Positions 1-12,700 of a DNA stretch of 64,000 nt are shown in pieces (positions within the stretch are counted from its first letter, which is position 1; every line of letters begins with the position of its first letter). The DNA lies in contig NC_092679.1 of assembly GCF_964355755.1 (NCBI RefSeq), forward strand, positions 21,745,432 through 21,809,431. Direction: 5' to 3'. Origin of the DNA: Antedon mediterranea (lineage: Eukaryota; Animalia; Echinodermata). Below the pieces are notes generated by a model. That model worked only from the letters and a program-made list of their open reading frames with translations. It had not been told where the DNA came from and did no database searches. The position numbers were made by a program, and so were the translations under genes.

Positions 1-1089
1 CTTTGTATGTTTTTTTTTTTGTAACGAATGTCTTATACTTTCGATTTTCGAACCAATGACAAACTAATCCAGAAATTAAATTCATCCTTCCAGTCAATTA
101 CTAGAAAATGTAATCTACGATTTGATTGGTCGACTGAAACGAAAGAAAACTGACATTTCGTTGATTCACTTTGATTTTTTTTTTAAAGAAAAAAGCCATC
201 ATAATTATCTTAATACTACTACTCAAATGAGAGTTCCAGATTTCACTGCATGTATGTAAAGCTTGTCTGGGAATTACCGTAAATCCTATTTTTCTTATCA
301 TAACCCTAGTCTGAAATTTGCTGTTTGTCCCTTTTACTTTTTATCATTTGAAATTATCTTTTAGATAAAACATTTTTGCTTTTTATGTATTGGTTAATTT
401 CTAGAAAAACTGAATTTAGTAATATTCTATTTCTGAGTTTATAACGTTATCACTATTAATACAAATTACAGAATTTATTTAATCAATTTCTTATTTTTTA
501 TTTTTTTCCTTTTACATTATTCTTCTCAGTTGCACAACGTTATTAGATTTCTGTTTTTATTTCAATAAAATCACAAAATTCTTTATATTAATCAGTTTTA
601 AAATTTCTGAGAAATGGAATTTTCATACAAAAATCTTTTTCCATAGAATTTCATCAAATTTGATGTAGAATACAGTTGAACCTCTATTGAGGGGACACCT
701 TTGAGACATAACAAGTGTCAACTTCATAGAGTTGTGGTTGACCCTGGTGTTAAAACATGGATTTCTTCTTCATTGAAAAGTGTCCCCAAAATAGAGGTGT
801 CCCAAAGGAGAGCTTCTATTCTTTATGTTCATGACAATCATACAGTTGTAAATCAACAAACTGAATTATATTTTATCTGACAGACAAAGTGTGAAAATGT
901 GATAAAAGATTGCTAAAACGGAAGCAATTTAAAATCACTTGAATTGCTCACGTTTCGTTATCAATAAATAGGCAGAAAATTAAATTTTAGCGTACAGGAC
1001 GTGCACGTATTACACACATTGTCGTACTTGTGACAACCTTCAATGTGTGTAGTCTTTTAGAAGCGCTTGCCAATTTATAATTGGACAAT

Positions 1090-1376
1090 ATAGTAGAATC
1101 CATCCGTTGGGACACCCCTATTCAGGGACACCTCTATTAAGGGGACACTGTGAAAAGAATAATATATGTTTTTTACACTATGGGCAACCCCTATTCAATA
1201 AACATCTCTGTTGAGGGGACACTGAAAAGAATGAAAGGAAATACAGTATATGCTTTAACACTATTTAGACCAACTCTATTCAGGGGCATCCCTAATAAGG
1301 GGACACTTTTTCTTTTTCGAGTCGCAAAGACTCCTTTTAATTGGGGGGGGGGAGGGGCGTAGGGGGTTCAACTGTA
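1090..1376. mobile_element. Degenerate Tc1/mariner-like MITE family (ta-CAGT...ACTG-ta ends, internal cctctattaaggggacac subrepeats); further copies at ~671-818, ~8753-8810, ~10141-10200, ~33927-34104, ~45910-46160
   Basis: Shared motifs tacagttgaacctctatt..ggggacac and gtcccctt..aatagaggtt.tactgta dispersed across the window; TA-flanked CAGT termini. Confidence 0.6.
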
Positions 1377-1526
1377 TAGATTTAACACTATCATGGCCAA
1401 CCCCTATTCAGTTGACAAACCTAAAGGGGACACTTTTGTCACGTGGGTCGTGCAGATGTCCCTTTAATGTTTATTTGTTTAGTTTTGTTAGTTTGAAGGG
1501 AAGAATTATGTTTTTTTATTGTCCAT

Positions 1527-2075
1527 ACTTGATACAAGTAACAAATAACTTTTTTATAATATTTAATCAATAATCAGCAAGGCTATTATCACTTTTGAAG
1601 CCAAAAAAAAAATAAAATCTTGTAATTTTAATTTTCCAATCTTGATACAAGTAACAAATAATTTTTTTATCAGATGTTTTAATCAATAATCACGAAGGCT
1701 ATTATCACTTTTAAAGCAAAAAAAAATGATCCCTTTTATTAATTAAATTAATCTACATGAATAAAATCTTGTAATTTAAATTTTTCAATCTTGATACAAG
1801 TAATTTTGTTATCAGATGTTTTAATCAATAATCACGAAGGCTATTATCACTTTTAAAGCAAAAAAAAAAATGTTCCCTTTTATTAATTAAATTAATCTAC
1901 ATGAATAAAATCTTGTAATTTAAATTTTTCAATCTTGATACAAGTAACAAATAATTTTTTTATAAGATTTTTTAATCAATAATCAGGAAAGCTATTATCA
2001 CTTTTAAAGCAAAAAAAAAAATGTCCCTTCTTTTATTAATTAGATTAATCTACACGAATTAAAATCTTGTAATTT
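1527..2075. repeat. Intronic AT-rich tandem repeat, ~145-150 bp unit, ~4 copies
   Basis: cttgatacaagtaac...aatcaataatca..aaggctattatcactttt recurs at ~1528, ~1641, ~1790 and ~1934. Confidence 0.8.
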
Positions 2076-3704
2076 CACGTTTCAACAATCTTGTTCTTGC
2101 CAATTTTACTCAACACGTTTGAAATAACTTATGGCCAGTTCTTGAACTTTTTAAAATGTCGGAAACAGCCATAATTAAGTCGTTTTCAAGAAATGATTGT
2201 TTGGTAGTATGCCAGATATATTGTTTGTTTCTTTACAATTTATTTCTTTAATTTATTTTTATACTTCCGTCGAAACAAACAAACATAATGTCTTGTTGTT
2301 GAAATTTAAGACGATAAAATCAGAAATATGACAAACAAGAATGGTAATTTTTTTTTTTGTATAAATTAAATTGATTTATAAATTTCATTAAAAGAGTAAA
2401 AACCGAATAGAGAAAATCGTGATTTACAGTTTTATTTTGAAACCCTATTACAGTAGTATCCCCATTTTCCACTTTCTCTGGGAAAAAATTAGAAACAAAG
2501 TGTTTCTCAACCGATTTGTTTCATATGAGGTCTATATATCCACCAAATAAAAGTTCCAGCTCATCTGGCATGGGGAAAGCTGCCATTTTGGATTTTAAAA
2601 ATGGCGGCTATTGGTAAACAGTTTAATTAAAAACAACCATTCACCAGGGAACTCTATTATTGAACAGTTTCAGTTAAAAACAAGCAAGCACCTAACCTCC
2701 TCCCTTATGATTTTGGAACCGGAAGGAAACATACAATCCACGGGCATTGGGTGCAAATGGTGATGTACACACACTTAACTTTGTTTTTTTATGACTAATG
2801 AATTCTTCCCAATCTTTCACTTTTAATTTCCTACCTATTTTAGGATATGGTAAACTGTATGAAACAAATTAACCTATTAGAAACAGTTAATGTAAACTCT
2901 ACAAGCAGTTGCCCTTTCACTATTTCACTACCGTCATCGATCGAACAATGTTTGGTTCACCAATACAGGCTGTGGTCCCTAAACTAAGAACCAGTCCTTA
3001 AAAACTAGGAACCAATGACTTTTTAACATACAGTAGCTTTAAGTCAATTTAAAGACATGGGTACTTTACGTACAAAGAAAAAATACAAAAAAAAACAATA
3101 ATGAAAGATTGTATTGAAAAAACGGACGAAGACAAGATCCCAAAAGATGAAAATCTTGTGGCAGGATTGCCTTGACAAATTAATAATTTATATATATATG
3201 AGATATTGAGATATATATACAGTAAACTAAACATTGGTTTACTAAGCATTGGTTTGTAGAATATACTGTACATGTACTAGTACAGTATATATATATTCAA
3301 ACAATTATGAAATGTGTTCATTTAATATTTAAACAAGTACAGGATAATACATTGTGGTTAAAAATGTTGATGTAGTATAGTAAATTGGTGAATTGTAAAT
3401 TTGACAGTTTCATGCATTTTCTCAAAATCTGAATCCAAATTAGAATTCTTTTCCTGTTCATCTTGTATATTTCTTCTATATATGTTCTTCTATATATGTT
3501 TGATAAAAATAATACTGGGGTAATAATATGTACAACGCTTAGAGGTTTCACAATATTAGACGCTTTATAAATCCAGGATATTATTATTATTATCATATCA
3601 ATTGCATTTCAGTTGGGTGACAAAAAAAAAAAATTCAATCACAAAATGACAATTACGATTCTATTATGTAATGTTATTGTTGAGTTGACTTTTTGTTTTT
3701 TCAG

Positions 3705-6700
3705 ATCACAAGAAGTACCATTAATAATTCAGCCAAACGTGACAACAGACATGCAAGCCAGGGACATGATTAACGAACTCCACGAACTGAAGACTGAGAT
3801 GCAAACAGCGATACAGGTAGCATCCGTTGCTAGGTTACGATTTTGAGCTGAAAAGCTCTTAATACTAGGGATTTCTTACTTCAGTAACTTATTTAATCGA
3901 ATGTGTAAAAAATGAAGGATAATCACAGTGTGAATGTCAACGACTCTGATGTCTAAGCTTCGTTGCAAGTCGTGCTAAAGTTATTAAACCATACAGTAAT
4001 CTTATGTTAATGTTATGTCTTTGTGGGGGATATTTTATATGAATCAATCATATGTTGCACAGCTTACTAGATTAACAATATGTTTGCCACTCCACAGGAT
4101 ACTAGGAAGATTGAGTTGATTGGGCAGCAGAGATCACATGTCGGTGTGCGCAAATCCCCCGGTGGATCACTCCGAGAGGTACGTGTTCTGGCTACTGTGC
4201 GGCCAGCAATGTTGTTATATATTTCGTCATAATTTACATGTACTATGTTGTAGGCCTAGATTTTGACAACAATAAAACATCTACATATGATTGCTGTGAT
4301 TGGAAAACATAAACACTAGTTATTCGAATTAAGAATTCAAGATTTAACAGGGGTGGTCTCTGGATACTCCTTTCATTTGTAATATCATACAATTTTAGGT
4401 CTCCCAAAAGTATTTAAAAAATTCCCATCTTAAATTCTCAATTAATTTCAATATCTTGATTAAAACAAAACTGATTTTTAAAGACTAGAATCAATAGCGT
4501 TTTTTTAAACTAAATTCAAGATCAAATTTTTTTTAATTTTATTTATTTATTGGCAAAATAATATAGTTCTTTCAAAATATTAAAGCCATATACTTTTACT
4601 GAATAGTTGACCAATTGCAAGCGACAGTTTTGGTGATCCAACGTGTCGTAATACGGCATGCTTGCACTCAAGTGGGAATCAAGCTTTAGTTTCAAATGTT
4701 TTTCTGTCAGTTTAAAACTTTAATTCTTATATTTGTAGTAAGGTATAAGATTTATGAACTACTGATTGATTAAAAAATGTCATACAGTAGGTAATAATTT
4801 CTCAGAATTCAATGATCTGAACTTTACAGAATGTATACCACATCACTCAACCAGCTTATCCATTGTGTTGCTCTTGACACTTGTATAAGGCGTACAGAAG
4901 AGTTTAATTCTTTTTTCAAATGTTACTCCTGTATAACGCAACCAGACCCATCCATCAAAGTACATGTCTATTATTGTGTTACAGGCTGCTCGTAGACAGT
5001 ATGATAGATGGGAGAGGGCGCTAGATGGGCCAGCACCGTTGGAGAAATACTTGGTAGGTTTTGTAGTACTGTAGGTTTTTTTTGTGCATATATTTTTTTT
5101 CTTATATAACTAATAACGCTTACTATTGATATAGATAAGAATTTCATATTTTGAAACCAGTATTTCTTTACACAGCATCTGCACATATTTTTGTCTCAAA
5201 TCATTCATCTACTCGAAGGAGTTGTGTTAGCTGAGTGGTAGACAGTTGTGATACAGAAAGACCCTCACTCAATTCCCAAATAAATACTCCCCGTCCACCC
5301 ATCTGTAAATGAGTAGCTGCTTAAAAATACTAGGGAGGATAAGGCGGCGTAAATAGGAACTGGCCACCCTACCACAAATTTCTGATGCTTAGTACAATGG
5401 GCTCCTAATCACTCATTTCCCTACGTTAATGCTGGACTCACATTTACCCTTTGTCATTCATCTCACCTCCTAATCTACGTAGGAGTCGATTGGATTGTTA
5501 CTTCGTTATGAAGACTGATTTATAACTTAAAATATTTCCTCTTTCTATTTTATTGTTTTATTCACTTGGATATCACGTAGGCCTGTCTGGTTAATGTTTT
5601 GTATACAACATTCTCTATAAATAGCCAAAATGAAGGATGTCGTAAATAACGTTGCTTTATGCTGATCCTATTAAAACACGGAAATGAAACGCAAGAAGCA
5701 ATAAAAAATGTTTTACTTTCTTAAAGTTCGGTACCTTGTAAATGTTTTCTCATGTGTAGGAGAATTTTGGCTCAACTAAACAAGTATACTAATGTGGTAT
5801 TTCAATAACATAAATCCCCTGTTTGTTTATTCGTGTGTAGTAGGTCTTGTTATTAGGAATTGTTATGGTTAACAGTGCCAACTAGCTTTTGCCAAAAAGA
5901 TATTAAAAATGCATAAATCATTGAAATGACTCATGGTGGGCGCAGGCATTCGTTTATGCTGTCTCCAATCTTTATTGACGTTATGCATGATTGAATTTTG
6001 TTTTGCTTGAACCCACAACCCTGAGACAAGCAGGTAATTGTGATAACCACTATGATGTTCATTAAATTAATTGGACACAGAATAGTAAACATGCTTTTCC
6101 TATCATGTCGATATGTTGAACAAGAGCAGGATTGAACCAAAAACCCTGAGTGAGGCAGGCAATCAAGTAACCACCAGGCTACTGTGCCATTATTTTAACT
6201 TTATGTTTTCCAATTCATTTCAAACCATGTTTTTTTCTATCATTTTTTATTACACCTACAAGTTTGGAGCCAAGTCACGATTGAACCAGACTGGTACAAA
6301 GTAACCACCTAGCTACCGTGCCATTATTTTGAATTAATGAATGTTTTCATATTCATTTTAATCAAAACACCTAAAGGTTTATAACCACTAACTAAAGTTA
6401 GGGAACATGGCCAAGAACTTTCTCCAATATGATACAGTGCTGTTATTTTGACTTCATGAATGTTTTCCAATGAGATTCAATGCTGTTATTTTGACTTCGT
6501 GAATGTTTTCCTATTCATTTCATTCAAACCATGTTTGGAGCCAATCCAGGATTGAACCAAAGACCTGAGGCAGGCAGGCACTCAAGTTGAGCTACCTTTG
6601 ACTAGGGTGACTTAGTGACATTTGTCCTTGGATTCACCTTAACAGAGCAATCATGTACATCCTAATGTCATATCACCTATGGGTTAATTCTGTTTAGGTT

Positions 6701-9700
6701 ATTTTCAGAATTTATTGTCACTTTGATATCCTGGGAATGTCTGGTGACATTTAGCTACTTTGATGTGGCATTTCTGTATTTAACTATCATGGGATATGCT
6801 AATGATTTACTCAACATCTGCCAAGTTTACATACCCTGGGGATATGCAAATTACATTGCATGACATACCCACCTTACATTAGTATGTTGGCTGCCCTGGG
6901 AATGTCACATGACAGTTAAAGTTCTCTCTTATACCACTACTGGATTGCTTCCAGTATTTTGCTACCCTGGGGATATGGTAATTAGCTTGCATAGTATACA
7001 CAGCTAACATAGTATGTTGGCTGACCTGGGAATGTCACATGACAGGTTCTTTTTTACCACCACTGGATTGCTTCTAGTAGTTAGCTACCCTGGGGATATG
7101 GTAATTAGCTTTCATAGTATACACAGCTCACATAGTATGTTGGCTGACCTGGGAATGTCACATGACAGGTTCTTTTTTACCACCACTGGATTGCTTCTAG
7201 TATTTAGCTACCCTGGGGATATGGTAATTAGCTCACATAGTATGTTGGCTGACCTGGGAATGTCACATGACAGTTATAGTAGAGAGTGATATAGCGTAAG
7301 GAATGGTATTTGATATCAAGCTCTGTCTAGACTATCAAACTTTATGTGACAAAAAAATGTGATGTGCCCATATATGGATATGATGATGTCATATCACTAC
7401 CATATTTGAGTATATCACTACCATATTTCGGCACATCACACTTTTTTTGTCAAACTAGTTTGATAGTGTAGACAAACCTTCAGACTAGCATGGTTCTGAG
7501 CGGTATGGGTTTGAGAACTCTTTACCATATCACTTTTTTATTTAAACAAGATATTTAAACTCTTATTGTCTCGTCCGTCAGAAGGAACATAAAGCTGTTG
7601 GTACATTGTACAATAAAGAATTGGCATTTGAAAAGAGTAGAGGATCATGATGGTCCTCTTGAAGAAGTCTTGTACTTAAGAGGTCATCTAGTAAAAATAA
7701 GAAATCAATTTAAATATTTGTATTAAACCATCTTAAAATATACATCACGTAGGCCAAACTGCAACTAACCAATTAAATCATTTTTCTTAGTTACTCAGCC
7801 GTGACTAAGATTGGTTGAACGGGCCGAATGACTGATTCCTTGCGTCAAGGGGGCTACCGTTTCCTTATCTCTAACTGAAAATCGTCCCATGAGAGGATCG
7901 GGATCATTGGTAGATGACAAGTTGGTTGAGTTGTGGTTTTGTAGTAATCAATGAAACACACAACTCATGTAGTGGGGTATTAAGTGTATGAGGTTACATA
8001 AATGTGAGAGAAAAAAAACACTAAAGCCCTGTTTACACTATCAAACTAGTTTGACAAAAACAAGCGTGATGTGCTCAAATATGATAGTGATATGCTTAAA
8101 TATGGTAGTGATATGACATCATTGTGTCCATATATGGGCACATAACATTTTTTTGTCACATAAAGTTTGATAATGTAGACAGAGCTTTAAACTATTAGTC
8201 CAGACTTTTTAGATAGGAGATGGGGTGTAGGGATAAAAATTGCTAAAGTGCTGAAACGTAATAACCTAATGTTTTATCTTTTACATTTAAATGTTCGGAA
8301 ATTAGGTGGCCTTTGAATCCTCCAAAATATTCTAAATTCCTTGCATTAGATTTAGCAGGCAGATCTACATATAGTTTAACATTAAATTATGTTACTAACA
8401 TTCATAAATATTTATTTTTTATCCGTAGTAATCTTTGACCTAATAAATCAAGTTATTTTCGCATTTGTCGTACTCAATTATGCATTGTTTTTGCTACCTA
8501 GTTATTGGTTTATGAGAGTATAATAATGTATAAATACAGTACATTTAATATGCATTCAGATAATCTTAACATTTAAATTAACTTTAATCCGGCGTTCTAC
8601 TTTCAGTTTGAAATACTGTTGAGATTCACGTTCTAAAACTGCCAGTATTAGTTAAGCGTGTTTGATTGAAGGGAATCGAGAAATAATCTACAGTCCTAAG
8701 ATGTTTTTGTATTGAGTCAGTCACATAGATAAGAACAATATGTTTTAATACCTCACAGCCAACCTCTATTCAATGGACACCCCTATTAAAAAGACACTTT
8801 ATTAGATCCTCTAGCGCTACCCTCTGGATCTGATTTGATGTGGGTTTGTAAGAGCCTCAAAACTCTCCTCACCACCACCACATTTGTGTTGTACAATTCT
8901 GATAATGTTGACATCCTATCAGCTGAAGTAATTGTAAATAGGCTTAACTATCCTAACATTCCCTTAGTGGAAATCCCACCCCAGGACCCTGTAAAATCCC
9001 AGCTTTGGGCTTTTTCATTCAACAACATTTGTTCCACCAATTTGTTCAACAATAGTTTTTTTTTAATATTAAACTGAGACAACAATAATGTAGGCTTAGG
9101 TTAACTCGATAATCATATTAAGATGTGCCATGGTTCATTCATATTATACAATTTTACACAAACAAAGTTTATTTCTCTAGAGCTTTAAACTCTAAAAATA
9201 GCAGTCAACAGAACACAATGGTTGTGATTTGTATTAATAGAACATATGTTATTAGTAATGTAATGTTTTGGTGATGTCATAGGGTCATTGAATCATGATT
9301 CAGCTTGCAGGTCTGTAATGATGAATTTAATTTTTTTTAAATGGGTTCAAATCATGACCTACGACAATACACAGTCACCCACCTGCAATTGTATGCAAAT
9401 AAATCTATTCGAATACCATGTTGTAGTCTTTAATTCCTAAGCTCTGTCTACATTATCAAACTAGTTTGACAAAAAAGTGTGATGTGCCCAAATATGGTAA
9501 TGATATGACATCATCATGTCCATATATGGGCACATCACATTATTTTGTTGCATAAAGTTTGATTTGATATAGACAAAGATTTAATTATTCATTTATCGTT
9601 TTAGAAACAGAGAGATGAACATAAGAAAACACATGGCCCATCTGCACCAAGTCCAGTGCGGTACAATGATAATGATAATGTTATACCACCTTCGTGTGCT

Positions 9701-12700
9701 CAAGCCCAGGCATTGCTGGAGATGGTGCAAGGTCAAAGGGCAAATCTGGAGGCAAATTTACAGATGGTGCTAAGAGGAAGACAGGAGGAAGAAGCGTACA
9801 CATTCATAGAAAACCTCTATAAAGATGGGTAATGAATATTCATGTTAGCATTTTGGAAAAGTGATATTTAAAAGTACAATTGCACCTTGATACTGTACTT
9901 ATTTTTGTTATATCAATTTTTTACAGACTATGAGTATTTTATTTTTATGTTACATTTAGAAAATCATGTTTTCTCGCCTGATATCCGCCATCTATCTGTA
10001 CTACTCCATGTTTATTTTGTCTTGTTTATTTTTATGTTTTATGCTAGGTCCATGAAGGAGCAAGCCCATATTAAGAGAGCTGTAGATCAGCGAATAGAAG
10101 CCTTAAATAAAGAAATTCAAGTGAGGATTTTGAAATAAATTAGAACCTCTATTAAGGGGACACCTTCAGGACCCAACAAAGTGTCCCCTTAATAGAAGTG
10201 TATTCAGAAGAGGATTTGGCTTATAGTGTTATAGTGTAAAGAAGGTGTTCTATTGCTATTAGTCTGCTATGATCATGAATTTCTCTGTACCTTGATGTTA
10301 TTAGTCTCTGTGATTTTGATATACTTAAGTTCTGTCTACACTATCAAAGTATGTTACAAAAAAATGTGATGTGCCCATATATGGACATGACGTCATATCA
10401 CTACCATCGTTAGCATATCACTACAATATTTGGATACATCACACTTTTTTTTGTCAAACTCGTTTGATAGTTTACTGACCTAAAAAATGGTTGATAATTA
10501 AAAGCCTTTAGTTATGACAGTCTGTACTCTTGCAATGAAAAATGTAATTGATATAGTCATGTCATAGTATGCACTGAACTTACAAAAACCCTAAGTAATC
10601 TCAATGACACAGAGAAATACACATTATTAGTCAAATCATAACTCACAGTGCCTAGACACGGTGACATATTGCCAGTTACTATATCCTGTCGGGTAGGATT
10701 GCTGAGTAGCAGAAATGATTATGATTTACGTTCAACCCTTCCTTTACCATTCCAGAGGGAGCTGTCTCTAGAGAGGGTGAAAGGCAGTGATTTGGTGACG
10801 AAGGACGTGCATCCATCGCTGTCCAAACGGCCTCCAAAAAGTCTGCACAAGCCCCCTTTGGAGAAGCGGGGTACTACCGGTGCGGCACGACCGAACAAAA
10901 AGAAAGCACGTTCAAAGATTGATTCGGGTCTTAGAAAATCGAGCAAGAAGGATGTGGTGGAGACAAAACAAATAAAGAAAACATCTGCGAAAGAGAAGGA
11001 AAATCGACCAATCGAAAAGAAGGTAGGTTTTACCCATTTCGATGAAGTAGTTCTTTTTCTATTGATTGGTTGATATTGGTTGGTTAATATTAATACAGGT
11101 AGTGTAAATTTGTATTCTTCTGGTTGTGGGGATAGCCTCTTGCCATATTCACCAATCAAACTTAATTGCTGATTATTTTCTTGCCATTTGGTTGGTTAAT
11201 TTCGAATCACTTTCCGTTCAATATTAGTTCTATTGCACAGTGAAAGTTTTATTTATTGGTTCTATATACATTAAAAAAAAGAAATTTTTTTATAATTTTG
11301 TGTCGCATCAGAATGAATGTTTTTTGCACTTGTATGTAATCAGCTTCCGGCTTTGAATATCAACAAGCTACCAGCCTTCCTCCCAGCAAGTGAACCACCA
11401 GTTATACATGAATGGGAAGTTCGTAAGGCTTTGACTAAAGTGAACTGTAATAAATCAAGCCACCCAACAGACTTACCAATTAAAATAATTAAGGAATTTG
11501 CTATTGAACTTGCTAACCCGCTAACTAAATTATTTAATACGTGTCTCAATGAGGGACACTTTCCACGTCAGTGGAAAACTGCTTCTATAGTTCCAGTTCC
11601 AAAACAAAACAAGATCCGCTCTTTTGATGATCTTCGTCCAATATCATTGACGCCGGTCTTTGCTAAGATTTTTGAGGCATTTATTGCCAAATGGATTATT
11701 GAGGATATTGACAATAAATTAGACACTAAGCAGTATGGTAATACAAAAGGTTCATCTACTATACATTATCTTGTGGATATGTTAAATTATGTTTATCAAA
11801 GTCTTGACAAGCCCAAACAATCAGTTGAACTCTGTACAATTGATTTTACTAAGGCATTTGATAGAGTCAATCATACAATTATTATAGATAAATTAATTAA
11901 ACTTGGAGTTAGGTCATCCATTGTTTCCATCGTCTGCAGCTTTCTGTGTGAAAGAACTCATACTACCAAACTTGGCACGCACATTTCTTCCACCAAATCA
12001 ATCTCTTGTGGAGTACCACAGGGAACCAAACTGGGACCTATACTCTTTTTGGTTCTAGTAAATGATGCTGCCATTGAAAGTTGTAGACGTTGGAAATTTG
12101 TGGATGACCTGACTCTAGGGGAAGTAACCAAATGTGGTGCTTCCTCTAACTTACAAAGTGTCCTTAATAGTGTCAGTGAGTGGTGTGCATCTAATGATGT
12201 TCTACCAAAACCAGCTAAATGCCAAGTAATTGAATTTAACTTTTTAAAGCAACGGCAGCTTAATTTAGTTTACACTATTGATAACTTTAATCTTCCAATA
12301 GTTAGTAAGTTAAAACTGCTTGGTGTAATAATCCAAAATGACCTCAAATGGGGTTCAAATGTTAATGATATAACATCAAGAGCCTCACGTAGACTATTTT
12401 CACTATGTATCCTGAAAAGGTCTAGTGCACCAGTCAGTGACCTGGTTACAGTATTTACATCATATATCAGACCTGTGCTGGAATATGCCTGCCAGGTTTG
12501 GCATTCATCATTAACTGTTCAGCAATCTAATTTAATAGAAAAAATTCAAAAACGGGCTTTGCGCATAATTTTGAGCCCACATTATGTTAGCTATGAATTA
12601 GCCTTAGAGCAAGTAGGTTTGCCTTCTTTAAAGTCCCGTAGAGAACAGTTTGGCAAGAGTCTTTTAGAATCTACCAAATTTAGAAATATGTTACCAGCAT

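Noticed and set aside
7014-7289. 91-aa repetitive ORF
   Set aside because: Translation of an intronic tandem repeat; no supported splice sites or homology
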